Origin: Nitrospiraceae bacterium
Lineage (GTDB): Bacteria > Nitrospirota > Nitrospiria > Nitrospirales > UBA2166
DNA length: 64,000 nucleotides
Assembly: GCA_002726235.1 (NCBI GenBank)
Contig: PBSN01000013.1
Span: forward strand, 1 to 64,000
Direction of reading: 5' to 3'
Shown: positions 18,819 through 28,722 of the stretch, one piece after another
Layout: each line of letters opens with the position of its first letter
Numbering within the stretch: position 1 is the first letter of the stretch
Notes under the pieces: generated by a model
Told to the model about the DNA's origin: nothing
The model's input: only the letters and a program-made list of their open reading frames with translations
Database searches by the model: none
Position numbers and translations under genes: made by a program

Positions 18819-21800
18819 TTAGTTAAACGTAGCGATTACGACGACAGGCGCCGTGAGTTCAATGTTGCATGAAATATTGGTCCCGGAACACCCGCCACTC
18901 CATCCAGCGAAGGTCGAACCTGTCTCTTCCGTTGCGGTGAGTGTTGCCACTGCTCCTGAGGAATATGCATGGGAGCAGTCTGATCCGCAATTAATTACGG
19001 GCGTGGTCCCGGTTAGTGTCATACTGGTCACGGTTCCTACGCCGCTTCCTGTTCGGCCAACGGCCAACGTCTGTTCGGTGAAGGTTTCCCCTCCTACCGT
19101 TACAGTCGAGGCTGCATCAAACGCAGCGATGACGGTTTTGCTGTGTGTCATGGTTACGGTACATGTCGTCGCGGTTCCGGAACAGCCCCCTCCCCCCCAT
19201 CCGATAAATGTCGAACCGGATGCTGGGGCTGCCTCCAGAGTGATAGCCGTTCCAGTGACGATCGATTCGGAGCAGTCTGTCAATGAACCATTGCTGCCGC
19301 AGCTTATGCCGGTGGCCGTGATCGATCCTGTCCCGGTCTCTTTCACTTCTATCACCGTGAGTAATGAGGCCGCGCTGCTCACGTTCGTAAACTCAGCGGT
19401 TACCGTGCGGGCTTGTGTCATGGAAACCGTGCATGTTGATGTGCCCACACATACGCCGCCACTCCATCCGGCAAATGTTGCGGTTTCATCGGCGGTGGTA
19501 GCGGGGATTGCCGTCAGAGAGACAGACGTTCCAGTGGTGTAGTTGTTCGTGCAATCTGCTCCGCACAAAATGCCTGCCGGGCTACTCGTGACGGTTCCGG
19601 TACCAGTGCCGATTTTGGTCACCGTCAGTGCTGCGGATGAGCCAACGGGTCCCGAGAATTCAGCACCCACAGTGAAATTTTGCGTCATGATCACCACACA
19701 CTGTCCGTTGCCTGTACACCCGCCGCCACTCCACCCGATGAATGTATCGGTGGACGAGGGGAATGCCTGGAGAGTGATAGGAGTTCCAATGGGGTAGGTT
19801 TCTGTACAATCTAGGCCACAGTCAATGCCAGCAGGAGCACTCTTGACTTCGCCTGAACCAAGGCCTGGTTTGGTTACCGTAAGCGTCACGGAGCTTGAGA
19901 ACTCAGCGGATACAGTGTGGCTTTGCGTCATAGGCACCGTACACAGTCCCGAGCCTGCACATCCGCCGCCACTCCATCCGGCAAGAGCCCACCCTGGAGC
20001 TGGCGTCGCTTGCAGGATGACAACGCTTCCTGAAGAGAAGACTTCTGTGCAATCGCCACCAGTTCCCGTTCCGCACATAATACCACCAGGTATGGTCTCG
20101 ATTGCGCCTTGGCCCGACACGATGACCGAGAGGGTCACCTCTTGGCCTGGCGTGGGTGCGGCTGGTGTGGGTGCGGCCGGCGTGGGTGCGGCCGGCGTGG
20201 GTGCGGCCGGCGTGGGTGTGGTCGATGCGAGTTCGAAGGATGCAATTATCGATCTGTTCTGAAGCAACGAAACGAACTGACAGGTCCCACTCAGCGAATC
20301 ATCGACGATGAGGGTAACGTTACATGCGTCGCCGCTCCATCCCGTGAACACAGAGCCCGGATCAGCCGTGGCCGTGAACAGGACGGTCGCGTTGGCTGGA
20401 AAGTTGCTGGCGCATCCTGTCGCCGTGATATCGGTTGATACACATGTGATGCCTTCTGGAGCGCTAGTGATCATACCGCTTCCATCTCCGGCACGAGTGA
20501 CGGTCACGAGGGGGAAGCTACTAGAACCGGCGGCAACAGTGGCGGCCGCATCGATCACTCGTGTCAGGGTGTTATTGTGTGTGTTCTCTTCGCCGGCAAC
20601 GGGATCAATAGTAACAAGCGCGAACATGTCGGTAATGGACCCAAGTCCCTTAACCTTAAATTTTATCTTTGCTTCTGCCCCGGCATTGAGGTCATTAATT
20701 GAGATGGTTTGGAGCGGGGTATCCAGCTCATCCAAAGTTTCATCGGCGGACAGGTACAGGGAGACAGGAATGGATGCGAGGCCTGCTCCTGTCGGGTTAA
20801 ATGGGCCGTTGGCTGCTTCCGTCCCGAGATTATTGATTGTCACTTTAACTTTAAGCCTGTTGCCGCCTTCCTTTGCCTTTACCGTAAGTTTCGTGACGAT
20901 CATGGCAAGATCAGGTGCAGACTTCACAAACAATTCCGCAGTGGAGAGGATGCCGACGCCCCCTGTCAAAAGCAATTGCCCGTTCTGAAGCAGGGTAGCC
21001 GTGTGCAGTTGCCGCGGTGTTGTCATCGAAGTGATAGCGGCAAAGGAGGTGTTTTCGGGGTCAAATGTCTCTGCGAATGCTCCAGCTCCGCCTGCGAGAA
21101 GTACGTGTCCACTTGGGAGCACCGTGGCCGTATGAAGTTCGCGTGTTGCCGTCATGGGGCCGATAGCGAGGAATGATTCGGTGGTCGGATCAAACAGTTC
21201 GGCCGTCTTACCTGCCGTAGCTTCTTGAGCGATCCCGCCTGCGATAAGGACATTGCCATCAGGCAGTAGCGTGGCGGTGTGCAGACTTCGGGCGGTCGTC
21301 AGATTGCTGACTGCGGTGAATGACTCGGTGGTCGGGTCGAACACCTCGGCTGTCGCAAGTGCAAAGATGTCACCCAGGCCGCCGGTGAGAAGTACGCGGC
21401 CATCCGCTAACAATGTGGCGGTATGGCGGCTTCGGGCGGGCGTCAAGTTGTCAGTCGTGGTGAATGACTCGGTGGTCGGGTCGAACACCTCGGCTGTGGC
21501 AAGTGTTTGGCCGTTCTCGCTGATCCCGCCGGTGAGAAGCACGCGGCCATCCGTTAACAAAGTGGCGGTGTGGCGGCTTCGTGTGGCCGTCAAGTTATCG
21601 GTCTCAGTGAAGGACTCCGTGTCCAGATCAAACAGTTCAGCTGTTGCGCCGCCGCCTGATCCTCCGGCAACTAGTACGCGGCCATCCGTCAACGACACTG
21701 CTGTGTGCTCGTGGCGCGACGCAATCATGTTTCCCGTTGGGAAAAACGATTCGGCTTCAGTGTCAAACAACTCGGCCGTTGCGCCGCCGCCAAACCCTCC

Positions 21801-22997
21801 GGCGATGAGCACTTGCCCTGATGATAGGAGAGTTGCCGTATGGCTCTGGCGAGCTGTGATCATGCTGTTTACTGCAAGAAAGCGGCCTTCGAGTGGGAAG
21901 AGTCCCGGCGGGGTCACTTCGGGTGTTACCTCTGGTGTCACAGGGATAGGGATCTCAAAGAGCTCAGCAGTCGTGCTACCGCCAACTCCCCCCGCGATCA
22001 GTACCTGTCCAGTGGGCATCCGGGTAGCTGTTTGGAATGCGCGCTCCGTGGTCAAAGGTTCCGTTGGGGAAAATACGCCTGTCGCTGGATCGAAAAGCTC
22101 TGCGGTAGATCCTCCCGCCAAGCCCCCTGCAACAAGTACCTGCCCGTTCGATAAGAGCGTTGCCGTGGGGTTTCTCCGCTCAGTGAGCAAGTCGCCCGTC
22201 GGTGTAAACACCCCCGTTGCTGGGTCAAATAGTTCGGCGGAGGACAACGTCAGCCCATCTCCTGCCCCCCCGACAATGAGTACCTGCCCGGTGGACAACA
22301 GGGTGGAGGTGTGGTTGCTGCGGGCTACCGTCATGGTGCTGGCAGGGGTAAAGGTCCCGGTGGCTGGATCATAGAGCTCAGCCGTTGCCGTACCCTCAGC
22401 GCCTCCTGTTAGGAGTACCTGCCCATTCGTGAGGAGTGTGGCGCGGTGAAACATTCGTGCAGAGGTCAAATTGCTTGTCGGGGTAAAGGTTCCGGTTAGC
22501 GGATCATAGCGCTCGGCTGTTGCGAGGGATCCGCCATCCGAGCCCGTTCCTCCGGCGAGGAGTACATGGCCATTAGGCAATAGAGTCGCCGTATGATTAC
22601 TCCGAGCTGTGGTCATGTTGCCTGTCGTGGTAAAGGTCTCAGTTGCCGGGTCGAACAGTTCGACCGATGTGTCGCTGCCCACGCCGCCGGCGATGAGCAC
22701 CTGCCCATCATTTAGAAGAGTTGCGGTGTGAAGGGTGCGCGTCGTGCCCATGCTGCCTACGGGGGAGAATTCTGCAATCGCTGGGTCGAATAGCTCCGCT
22801 GTTGCTCCCGCATCCGAACCGCCGGTGATGAGCACCTGCCCATCATTTAGAAGAGTTGCGGTGTGAAAGATTCGTGGCGCGGTAAGGGTGCTGGTGCTCG
22901 TAAATGTCTGGCTTATGGCTGATATGCCACTTCCGAGAATGACAGCCGCCCCGGTTGCTAGTATGAATAGTGACCAACTGCTTGTTGTCCGTATCAC
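18819..22997 (-). CDS. Large secreted adhesin-like protein: two sets of 7 Kelch repeats, CARDB-like domain, six divergent InlB B-repeat-like domains
   Basis: Signal peptide; HTATLLxxGxVLIxGG repeats; PEVT and PTPAA linkers; G.G.V.S.P.GI.CG..C...F.GWSG.C....C.V.M repeats. Confidence 0.88.
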   Translation of the reverse strand: MIRTTSSWSLFILATGAAVILGSGISAISQTFTSTSTLTAPRIFHTATLLNDGQVLITGGSDAGATAELFDPAIAEFSPVGSMGTTRTLHTATLLNDGQVLIAGGVGSDTSVELFDPATETFTTTGNMTTARSNHTATLLPNGHVLLAGGTGSDGGSLATAERYDPLTGTFTPTSNLTSARMFHRATLLTNGQVLLTGGAEGTATAELYDPATGTFTPASTMTVARSNHTSTLLSTGQVLIVGGAGDGLTLSSAELFDPATGVFTPTGDLLTERRNPTATLLSNGQVLVAGGLAGGSTAELFDPATGVFSPTEPLTTERAFQTATRMPTGQVLIAGGVGGSTTAELFEIPIPVTPEVTPEVTPPGLFPLEGRFLAVNSMITARQSHTATLLSSGQVLIAGGFGGGATAELFDTEAESFFPTGNMIASRHEHTAVSLTDGRVLVAGGSGGGATAELFDLDTESFTETDNLTATRSRHTATLLTDGRVLLTGGISENGQTLATAEVFDPTTESFTTTDNLTPARSRHTATLLADGRVLLTGGLGDIFALATAEVFDPTTESFTAVSNLTTARSLHTATLLPDGNVLIAGGIAQEATAGKTAELFDPTTESFLAIGPMTATRELHTATVLPSGHVLLAGGAGAFAETFDPENTSFAAITSMTTPRQLHTATLLQNGQLLLTGGVGILSTAELFVKSAPDLAMIVTKLTVKAKEGGNRLKVKVTINNLGTEAANGPFNPTGAGLASIPVSLYLSADETLDELDTPLQTISINDLNAGAEAKIKFKVKGLGSITDMFALVTIDPVAGEENTHNNTLTRVIDAAATVAAGSSSFPLVTVTRAGDGSGMITSAPEGITCVSTDITATGCASNFPANATVLFTATADPGSVFTGWSGDACNVTLIVDDSLSGTCQFVSLLQNRSIIASFELASTTPTPAAPTPAAPTPAAPTPAAPTPGQEVTLSVIVSGQGAIETIPGGIMCGTGTGGDCTEVFSSGSVVILQATPAPGWALAGWSGGGCAGSGLCTVPMTQSHTVSAEFSSSVTLTVTKPGLGSGEVKSAPAGIDCGLDCTETYPIGTPITLQAFPSSTDTFIGWSGGGCTGNGQCVVIMTQNFTVGAEFSGPVGSSAALTVTKIGTGTGTVTSSPAGILCGADCTNNYTTGTSVSLTAIPATTADETATFAGWSGGVCVGTSTCTVSMTQARTVTAEFTNVSSAASLLTVIEVKETGTGSITATGISCGSNGSLTDCSESIVTGTAITLEAAPASGSTFIGWGGGGCSGTATTCTVTMTHSKTVIAAFDAASTVTVGGETFTEQTLAVGRTGSGVGTVTSMTLTGTTPVINCGSDCSHAYSSGAVATLTATEETGSTFAGWSGGCSGTNISCNIELTAPVVVIATFN
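20149..20218 (-). repeat. 15-bp coding tandem repeat (PTPAA linker, about 4.6 copies)
   Basis: GGCGTGGGTGCGGC(C/T) repeated on the + strand. Confidence 0.9.
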
Positions 22998-23441
22998 GCG
23001 TACCCCCTCATACTCTGGTTGATATTTATGTACGCTACCTGACCAATAACCCTAGCGTACCATAACTCGGTTTTTTTTGGTGTATCTTGGTGTATCAACT
23101 GGAAAAACTGTACCAAGAATAATATGTGTTCGGCGGACAGTAAGCACATGGAGATAGGGGAAGTCATGCAGGATCTAACGACAGATTCTGAGGCGTATGT
23201 TTGAGCGATGCCCTCTTGAAGGCTTTTCTCTTAGGCCTCTCTCATTCATTCACGGAACGTTCACGGTTCCTGATGGTGAGCATTCAGTACACCTGTGTAT
23301 TGGGGTGGTTCTTGTTTGTAGGATGAAGAATATTCATCGAAACGTTCTCCTTATTGCTCGCGTTGATACTAGATGCGTGATTGCTGACTGCAAGGAGCAC
23401 AATGTCGTGGTACGCAGTGCAGGACGCGAATGGAGAGAGAG

Positions 23442-23876
23442 TTAGGCTAGGCGCTCCCAGAGGGCACGGACAGTCTGTTGATGTCCGCCAAGGGTGAGTG
23501 GGGGAGTTGTCAGGAGAAGACGATTTCCGGAAAACTCGAAGAAACGTGTTTGTATCGTCCCTCCCCAATTCGGAAACAAGCTGCATTCCAAGATATGCGC
23601 GATGGTTCTCTTTGATTCGTTGACATCGTAGGTGCCGCAGTACGCCATATATCCCTGAAATGCCGTTCGGGTTTCCTCAGCGCTTCCCTGTAACGGGTCT
23701 CCGGATGCAAACGACATCCGATCACGCCGCATGACGTGTCCGGACATGTACCCGTGTATGTCATACATGATCATTCCAGCCGGGTTTTGGCCGAGTGGAT
23801 AACTCACGGTTCCATCTGCCCGGCAGAGTTCAAATGAAATTAATTTCCATGTCCCAACAAATTGCTCTTTTCCCAA
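23442..23876 (-). CDS. Lipocalin-like domain protein
   Basis: FVGTWKLISFE, G..P.GMIMY...GYMS, YMAYCGTY, SLFPNW, L.WER. Confidence 0.85.
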   Translation of the reverse strand: MGKEQFVGTWKLISFELCRADGTVSYPLGQNPAGMIMYDIHGYMSGHVMRRDRMSFASGDPLQGSAEETRTAFQGYMAYCGTYDVNESKRTIAHILECSLFPNWGGTIQTRFFEFSGNRLLLTTPPLTLGGHQQTVRALWERLA

Positions 23877-23896
23877 TGCTTCTCTTCCTTAACTTC

Positions 23897-24550
23897 TTAG
23901 CGGGCAGTTCTTGGGGAGACCGGCGCCTTATCCTGAAAAGTACATAGATCGTGAAGCATGCACGTGGGGCAGGCTGGTTTGCGCGCCTTGCAGACATAAC
24001 GTCCGTGCAAGATAAGCCAATGATGCGCGTGCCGGTGCCATCTCTGGGGTATTCTCGTCTCTAGGCCCTGCTCCACCGCAAGGGGTGTTGTCCCTGGTGC
24101 GAGTCCTGTTCGGTTGCTCACTCTAAAGATATGGGTATCGACTGCAATGGTTGGGACTCCGAACGCGCAGTTCAAAACTACATTTGCTGTTTTTCTGCCC
24201 ACGCCAGGCAACGCCTCAAGGCTTTCTCGTGTGGGGGGAATCTGTCCGCCATGTTCGGCGATAAGTATGCGACTCAACTTGATGATGTTTTTTGCCTTCG
24301 TATTGTATAAACCGATGGTTTTTATGTAGTGACGAAGGCGGCGCTCGCCTAGGCGAAGCATTTTTTCTGGCGTGTCCGCGACAGCAAATAAGGGGGGGGT
24401 GGCTTTGTTGACTCCAACATCTGTGGATTGCGCTGACAAGACTACCGCGACGAGGAGCGTGTACCGATTCACAGATTGCAATTCAGTGTGGGGTGCGGGG
24501 TTCTGGGTGGAGAATCGATGAAACATTGTATTCACTGCCGATGCCGTCAT
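23897..24550 (-). CDS. nth: Endonuclease III
   Basis: VLSAQSTDVGVN, LPGVGRKTANVV, VDTH, CKARKPACPTCMLHDLC 4Fe-4S motif. Confidence 0.96.
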   Translation of the reverse strand: MTASAVNTMFHRFSTQNPAPHTELQSVNRYTLLVAVVLSAQSTDVGVNKATPPLFAVADTPEKMLRLGERRLRHYIKTIGLYNTKAKNIIKLSRILIAEHGGQIPPTRESLEALPGVGRKTANVVLNCAFGVPTIAVDTHIFRVSNRTGLAPGTTPLAVEQGLETRIPQRWHRHAHHWLILHGRYVCKARKPACPTCMLHDLCTFQDKAPVSPRTAR

Positions 24551-24717
24551 CGCTTACAGTGAACTAGTGGTCATTGCGTATGCGGAGGACATTGGCCAGG
24601 ATATTCACGCAGTGCGTACAGTGCGGTCGTAGTGCTGGAATACCTGAAGTGTACGTGGTTGTACGGTAAGGGTATTCGTGATGTGAGAACAAAGCTGGTG
24701 AGATTTTAGCATTCTAC

Positions 24718-26169
24718 TTAGTATGCCCTGGCAAAGATGGCCGTTTGATTTGTTCTTTTTCCTGTCAGAACGCATTGCCCTTCTTCCTTAGCGTTCTCCA
24801 TGGGGAGGCAACGAAGGGTTGCCTTGGTTTCCTTCTGGATTCGTTCTTCATCTTGAGTTGTGCCTGCCCAATGAACATGGAGAAACCCTCCTTGTTCCCG
24901 CAGCACGTCTTGGAATGCAGTGTATGAGGTCACGCGATGCGTATTGTCGGTACGTTTCTGTAACGCTTGATGACGTAGATTTTCTTGAATGGAGTGAAGG
25001 AGTGTTCGTGTTTCCTGGGCGACTCCAGCAAGTGGAACCCCAAAGTTTTTCCCTTCTTTTCCTGGGCGATCGCGGCGCGCGAGGACAGCACTTTGCTGTT
25101 GCACGTCTTTCGGTCCAATCTCAATGCGAATGGGCACCCCTCGCATCTCCCAATCATTGAACTTGAAGCCAGGGGTCTGGTCGTCCCGACGGTCAACTTT
25201 GACTCGCATGCCTTCGTCTCGAAGGCTCGCGTGGACATGGTCAGCAATCTCCAACACGGGGCCCCGCTCAGCTTCTTTTCGCCAAATGGGTACGATCACA
25301 ACTTGAATGGGCGCGAGCGCGGGCGGGAGGCGAAGCCCGCGGTCATCGCCGTGTGCCATGATCACGGCTCCAACCATCCGTGTGCTTATGCCCCAGCTTG
25401 TGGTATGGCACAATTGAGTAACATTGTTTTGGTCGAGGAAGCTGACATTAAAGGCTTGAGCAAATTTTGTTCCCAAATAGTGACTCGTTCCCATTTGCAA
25501 TGCCCAGCCGTTTCCCATCATTCCCTCGATCGTGTAGCTATCAACCGCACCGGCAAACTTTTCTCGGTCACTTTTGACACCTTTGATTACGGGGATGGCC
25601 GCATCGTTTTCTGCAAAGTCGACGTAGACGTCCAACATGCGCAATGTTTCTTCTCTCGCTTCTTTCTCCGTCGCATGGGCGGTATGACCTTCCTGCCAGA
25701 GAAACTCCATCGTCCGTAAAAAAGGGCGGGTTCGCATTTCCCAGCGCACCACGTTGGCCCATTGATTAATCAATAGTGGCAAATCACGATAGGATTGAAT
25801 CCATTTTGCGTAGTGGTGACCGATGATGGTTTCCGAAGTTGGGCGAACGACCAGTGGTTCTTCTAAGGTGTTTCCCCCGCCTATCGTCACGACTGCAAGT
25901 TCGGGGGAAAAGCCTTCAATGTGCTCCGTTTCTTTTTGTAGAAAACTCTTCGGGATGAAGAGCGGAAAATACGCGTTCACATGGCCGGTCGCTTTGAAAC
26001 GGCGATCGAGTCCTGATTGAATGGCTTCCCACAGTGCGTACCCGTAGGGTCGAATCACCATTGACCCGCGCACAGGTGAGTCTTCGGCTAGTTCAGCCTC
26101 GCGAATGACGTCGAGGTACCACCGCGAGTAATCTTCGTTCTGTGGTGTAATTTTATTGTTATCGGCCAT
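24718..26169 (-). CDS. proS: Proline--tRNA ligase (archaeal/eukaryote-like type)
   Basis: HIEGFSPE, VRPTSET, QWANVVRWE, FLRTMEFLWQEGHT, C-terminal FARAY. Confidence 0.96.
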   Translation of the reverse strand: MADNNKITPQNEDYSRWYLDVIREAELAEDSPVRGSMVIRPYGYALWEAIQSGLDRRFKATGHVNAYFPLFIPKSFLQKETEHIEGFSPELAVVTIGGGNTLEEPLVVRPTSETIIGHHYAKWIQSYRDLPLLINQWANVVRWEMRTRPFLRTMEFLWQEGHTAHATEKEAREETLRMLDVYVDFAENDAAIPVIKGVKSDREKFAGAVDSYTIEGMMGNGWALQMGTSHYLGTKFAQAFNVSFLDQNNVTQLCHTTSWGISTRMVGAVIMAHGDDRGLRLPPALAPIQVVIVPIWRKEAERGPVLEIADHVHASLRDEGMRVKVDRRDDQTPGFKFNDWEMRGVPIRIEIGPKDVQQQSAVLARRDRPGKEGKNFGVPLAGVAQETRTLLHSIQENLRHQALQKRTDNTHRVTSYTAFQDVLREQGGFLHVHWAGTTQDEERIQKETKATLRCLPMENAKEEGQCVLTGKRTNQTAIFARAY

Positions 26170-26187
26170 GGGGCGATCTTTTTCTCA

Positions 26188-26739
26188 TCATGTCATGCTC
26201 TTCCTCTGGTACGCTACGACACGCTCAATGAATTTGGTCCGTACGACGCGGTGCTGTAGACGGGTCTCATCCTCGACGGGAAGCGAGGGACAATGGGTGG
26301 TGACCACTGAAGCGAATAGTCCTCGCCCATGTGCAACAAGGGAATGGGCTTGGTACACGGGGACGTCGTCCAACCCGCAGGATGGTGAGCGCGCTTTCAG
26401 AATAAATCCGTGGATGCCTGTTGTCAGCAGATCACGCATCCGGAAGTCCGAAAATTTCAAAAGCATCTCTGTCATATCTTGATTGGAGCCGGACGTCATT
26501 AATCTTGGAGTGTCCGGTGTTCCTATCATCTGGAGGGTTTCGCGTGGGATGCCGAGGCCGCATTCAACTTCAGGACATACGGGAACCCATTGGAAGTGGG
26601 TTCCTAACTCTTCCGCAATAACTTGGGTGTTCTTATGCCCTCCGTCGTACCGGACACGCTCGCCAAGCAAACAGCGGCTAATGCCAACACGAGGACGCAA
26701 TGGGATGTCGCAGAGTTCTTTGAAAACAGGGGGTTTCAT
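26188..26739 (-). CDS. DUF523 / 2-thiouracil desulfurase (TudS-family) Fe-S protein
   Basis: GISRCLLGERVRYDGGH, PVCPEVECGLGIPRE, ILKARSPSCG; start re-assigned to ATG 26739. Confidence 0.85.
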   Translation of the reverse strand: MKPPVFKELCDIPLRPRVGISRCLLGERVRYDGGHKNTQVIAEELGTHFQWVPVCPEVECGLGIPRETLQMIGTPDTPRLMTSGSNQDMTEMLLKFSDFRMRDLLTTGIHGFILKARSPSCGLDDVPVYQAHSLVAHGRGLFASVVTTHCPSLPVEDETRLQHRVVRTKFIERVVAYQRKSMT

Positions 26740-26759
26740 GAATTCATGCGGCAGACCAG

Positions 26760-26894
26760 TTACAGATTGTTTTTGAAATTTCTTTTCACTCGTTTCGTGT
26801 TGAAATAGCGATAGATGCGAACGACAAGCGGAATAGCGATGATGAGTACAATGGTTGCACCCATGAAGAATTCTTCTTCGGAAATGGCGAACAT
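26760..26894 (-). CDS. 44-aa single-TM small protein MFAISEEEFFMGATIVLIIAIPLVVRIYRYFNTKRVKRNFKNNL (not in ORF track)
   Basis: GGAGG RBS; fills the queC-DUF523 gap; TM helix with basic tail. Confidence 0.6.
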   Translation of the reverse strand: MFAISEEEFFMGATIVLIIAIPLVVRIYRYFNTKRVKRNFKNNL

Positions 26895-26897
26895 GAG

Positions 26898-27596
26898 CTA
26901 ACGAGCCTCCAATGCCGGATCCGGTATGCCTGCTTCGTGAAACCCCTTTTGTCTGAGGAGGCAACTATCGCATTCGCCGCACGGCTTGCCCTGAGGTGAT
27001 GGATCATAACAGCTGTGGGTAAGGCTGAACGGCACTCCGAGTTCGATGCCTTTCAAAATAATCTCTGCTTTGGTGAGCTGAAGCAGTGGTGCGTACACCG
27101 TGATTGGTGACCCCTCTATCCCTTGTTGTGTGCCGAGCCGAGCTAATGCATTGAATGCCATCACGAACTCCGGGCGGCAGTCTGGGTATCCCGCGTAGTC
27201 GAGCATATTGGCGCCAAAAAAGATAGCCGATGCGCCAAGTGACTCGGCCCATGCGAGAGCAAGGGAAAGAAAGATAGTGTTTCGTCCTGGCACGTAGGTG
27301 GAGGGGATGCCCTGCCCAATGCGCTCGACCGTTCTGCCCTTTGGCACGGGGATGGAGGTGGTGAGCGCGGAGCGACTGATGGTGCGGAGATCAACATCAA
27401 GAACTAGTGAAGAGGCAGTTTTAAGGCTCGTCGCGACCTGTTGCGCATGGGCAATTTCAATCTCATGCCGTTGACCATAATTCAGAATAAGGCAGTGGCA
27501 CTCATACCCATCGGCCATTGCGATTGCGGTGGTAACGGTTGAATCCAGGCCTCCGCTGGTAAGGACCACGGCTTGGGTGGCATCCGCTGTACTCAT
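26898..27596 (-). CDS. queC: 7-cyano-7-deazaguanine synthase
   Basis: SGGLDST, YGQRH, TYVPGRN, GYPDCRPEF, SCY..PCGECDSC. Confidence 0.96.
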   Translation of the reverse strand: MSTADATQAVVLTSGGLDSTVTTAIAMADGYECHCLILNYGQRHEIEIAHAQQVATSLKTASSLVLDVDLRTISRSALTTSIPVPKGRTVERIGQGIPSTYVPGRNTIFLSLALAWAESLGASAIFFGANMLDYAGYPDCRPEFVMAFNALARLGTQQGIEGSPITVYAPLLQLTKAEIILKGIELGVPFSLTHSCYDPSPQGKPCGECDSCLLRQKGFHEAGIPDPALEAR

Positions 27597-28672
27597 GAAA
27601 GGGGGCGCTCTCCGAGTGTAATATCCACAGTGCGTTGTGTCTTGCCGCGGATAAAAGTGACGCGTACTGTTGCTCCAGGTGTATGGCGACGCATCTCTCG
27701 GCCAAGGTCTTCGACCGATGTGACGGGTTTCCCGGCGAGGGAGGTAATCACATCGCCTCCAATGATCACGATGGAGTTCCCGATCAGTACTTGTCGGGTT
27801 CCGCCACGAAGTCCTGCCTTGGCGGCGGGACCGTTCTTGAAGACACGAACGAGGAGAACTGCTTGCTTGACAGGGAGCTCAAGCGCCTGCGCAACTCTTG
27901 GAAGAAGGGTCTGCATATCAGCACCCATCCACGGGTAGGATACATATCCCTTGCTGATGAGTTCGTCGATGATGCGTTTTGCCGTATGGATGGGGATGGC
28001 AAAGCCAATACCGACACTTCCGCCTGAAGGCGTGAAAATTGCGGTATTGATTCCAATCATTTTTCCGGAGGAATCCAGCAGTGGGCCACCGGAATTCCCC
28101 GAATTAATCGCGGCATCGGTCTGTATCACGTTTTCAAGTTCAACTCCACCAACCTGCAGCGTTTTCCGAATTGAACTAATCACTCCTGTTGTGAGTGTTT
28201 GATTTAGTGCGAATGGGTTGCCGATGGCAAGAACTTTTTGTCCAGTTCTGAGATTACGCGAGTTGCCTATGGAAATAACCGAGAGTCGTTCAGGGGGGGC
28301 ATCAATGCGCAGTGTTGCTAGGTCGCTCAGCGGATCAGCTCCGACGAGTTGGGCTTCCCATTGACTCCCATCCGACAGGGTGACTTCAAGTCGCTGGGCT
28401 CCTCGTACTACATGATAATTCGTCACGATATGTCCGCTCAGATCGATGATCGCGCCAGACCCAGACCCTTCTTGCGGAATCGGTGTCATAAAAAAGTCAT
28501 ATGACACGGATCGAGTCGTGATATTCACAACAGCTGCCTTGGTATTGTTGTAGACCTGAATGGTATTTTCTTCATCCTGTGTGTGTGCCGGTGAATAGGA
28601 TGGATGCACGAACAACACGAACATGAAGAATATGCTTACGACCGCCCAAAGTGTCTTGTTGCTAGATGACAT
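27593..28672 (-). CDS. HtrA/DegP-family serine protease with one PDZ domain
   Basis: TNYHV, DLA, IQTDAAINSGNSGGPL, GIGFAIP; signal peptide. Confidence 0.93.
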   Translation of the reverse strand: MSSSNKTLWAVVSIFFMFVLFVHPSYSPAHTQDEENTIQVYNNTKAAVVNITTRSVSYDFFMTPIPQEGSGSGAIIDLSGHIVTNYHVVRGAQRLEVTLSDGSQWEAQLVGADPLSDLATLRIDAPPERLSVISIGNSRNLRTGQKVLAIGNPFALNQTLTTGVISSIRKTLQVGGVELENVIQTDAAINSGNSGGPLLDSSGKMIGINTAIFTPSGGSVGIGFAIPIHTAKRIIDELISKGYVSYPWMGADMQTLLPRVAQALELPVKQAVLLVRVFKNGPAAKAGLRGGTRQVLIGNSIVIIGGDVITSLAGKPVTSVEDLGREMRRHTPGATVRVTFIRGKTQRTVDITLGERPLS

Positions 28673-28722
28673 GATCTACAAGGTTCCTGTTTAAATACAC
28701 GGTGAAACTCATAACATGGCAT

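Noticed and set aside
18853..22374. Long + strand ORFs opposite the Kelch adhesin
   Set aside because: Antisense shadows of a repetitive coding region; no motifs of their own.
9400..23400. Prophage or integrative element at tRNA-Gln
   Set aside because: No integrase, transposase or phage gene was seen, and I found no duplicated tRNA 3' end (att site) by eye.
26740..26964. N-terminal extension of the DUF523 ORF
   Set aside because: It overlaps queC and a better-supported small ORF; family motifs begin after ATG 26739.
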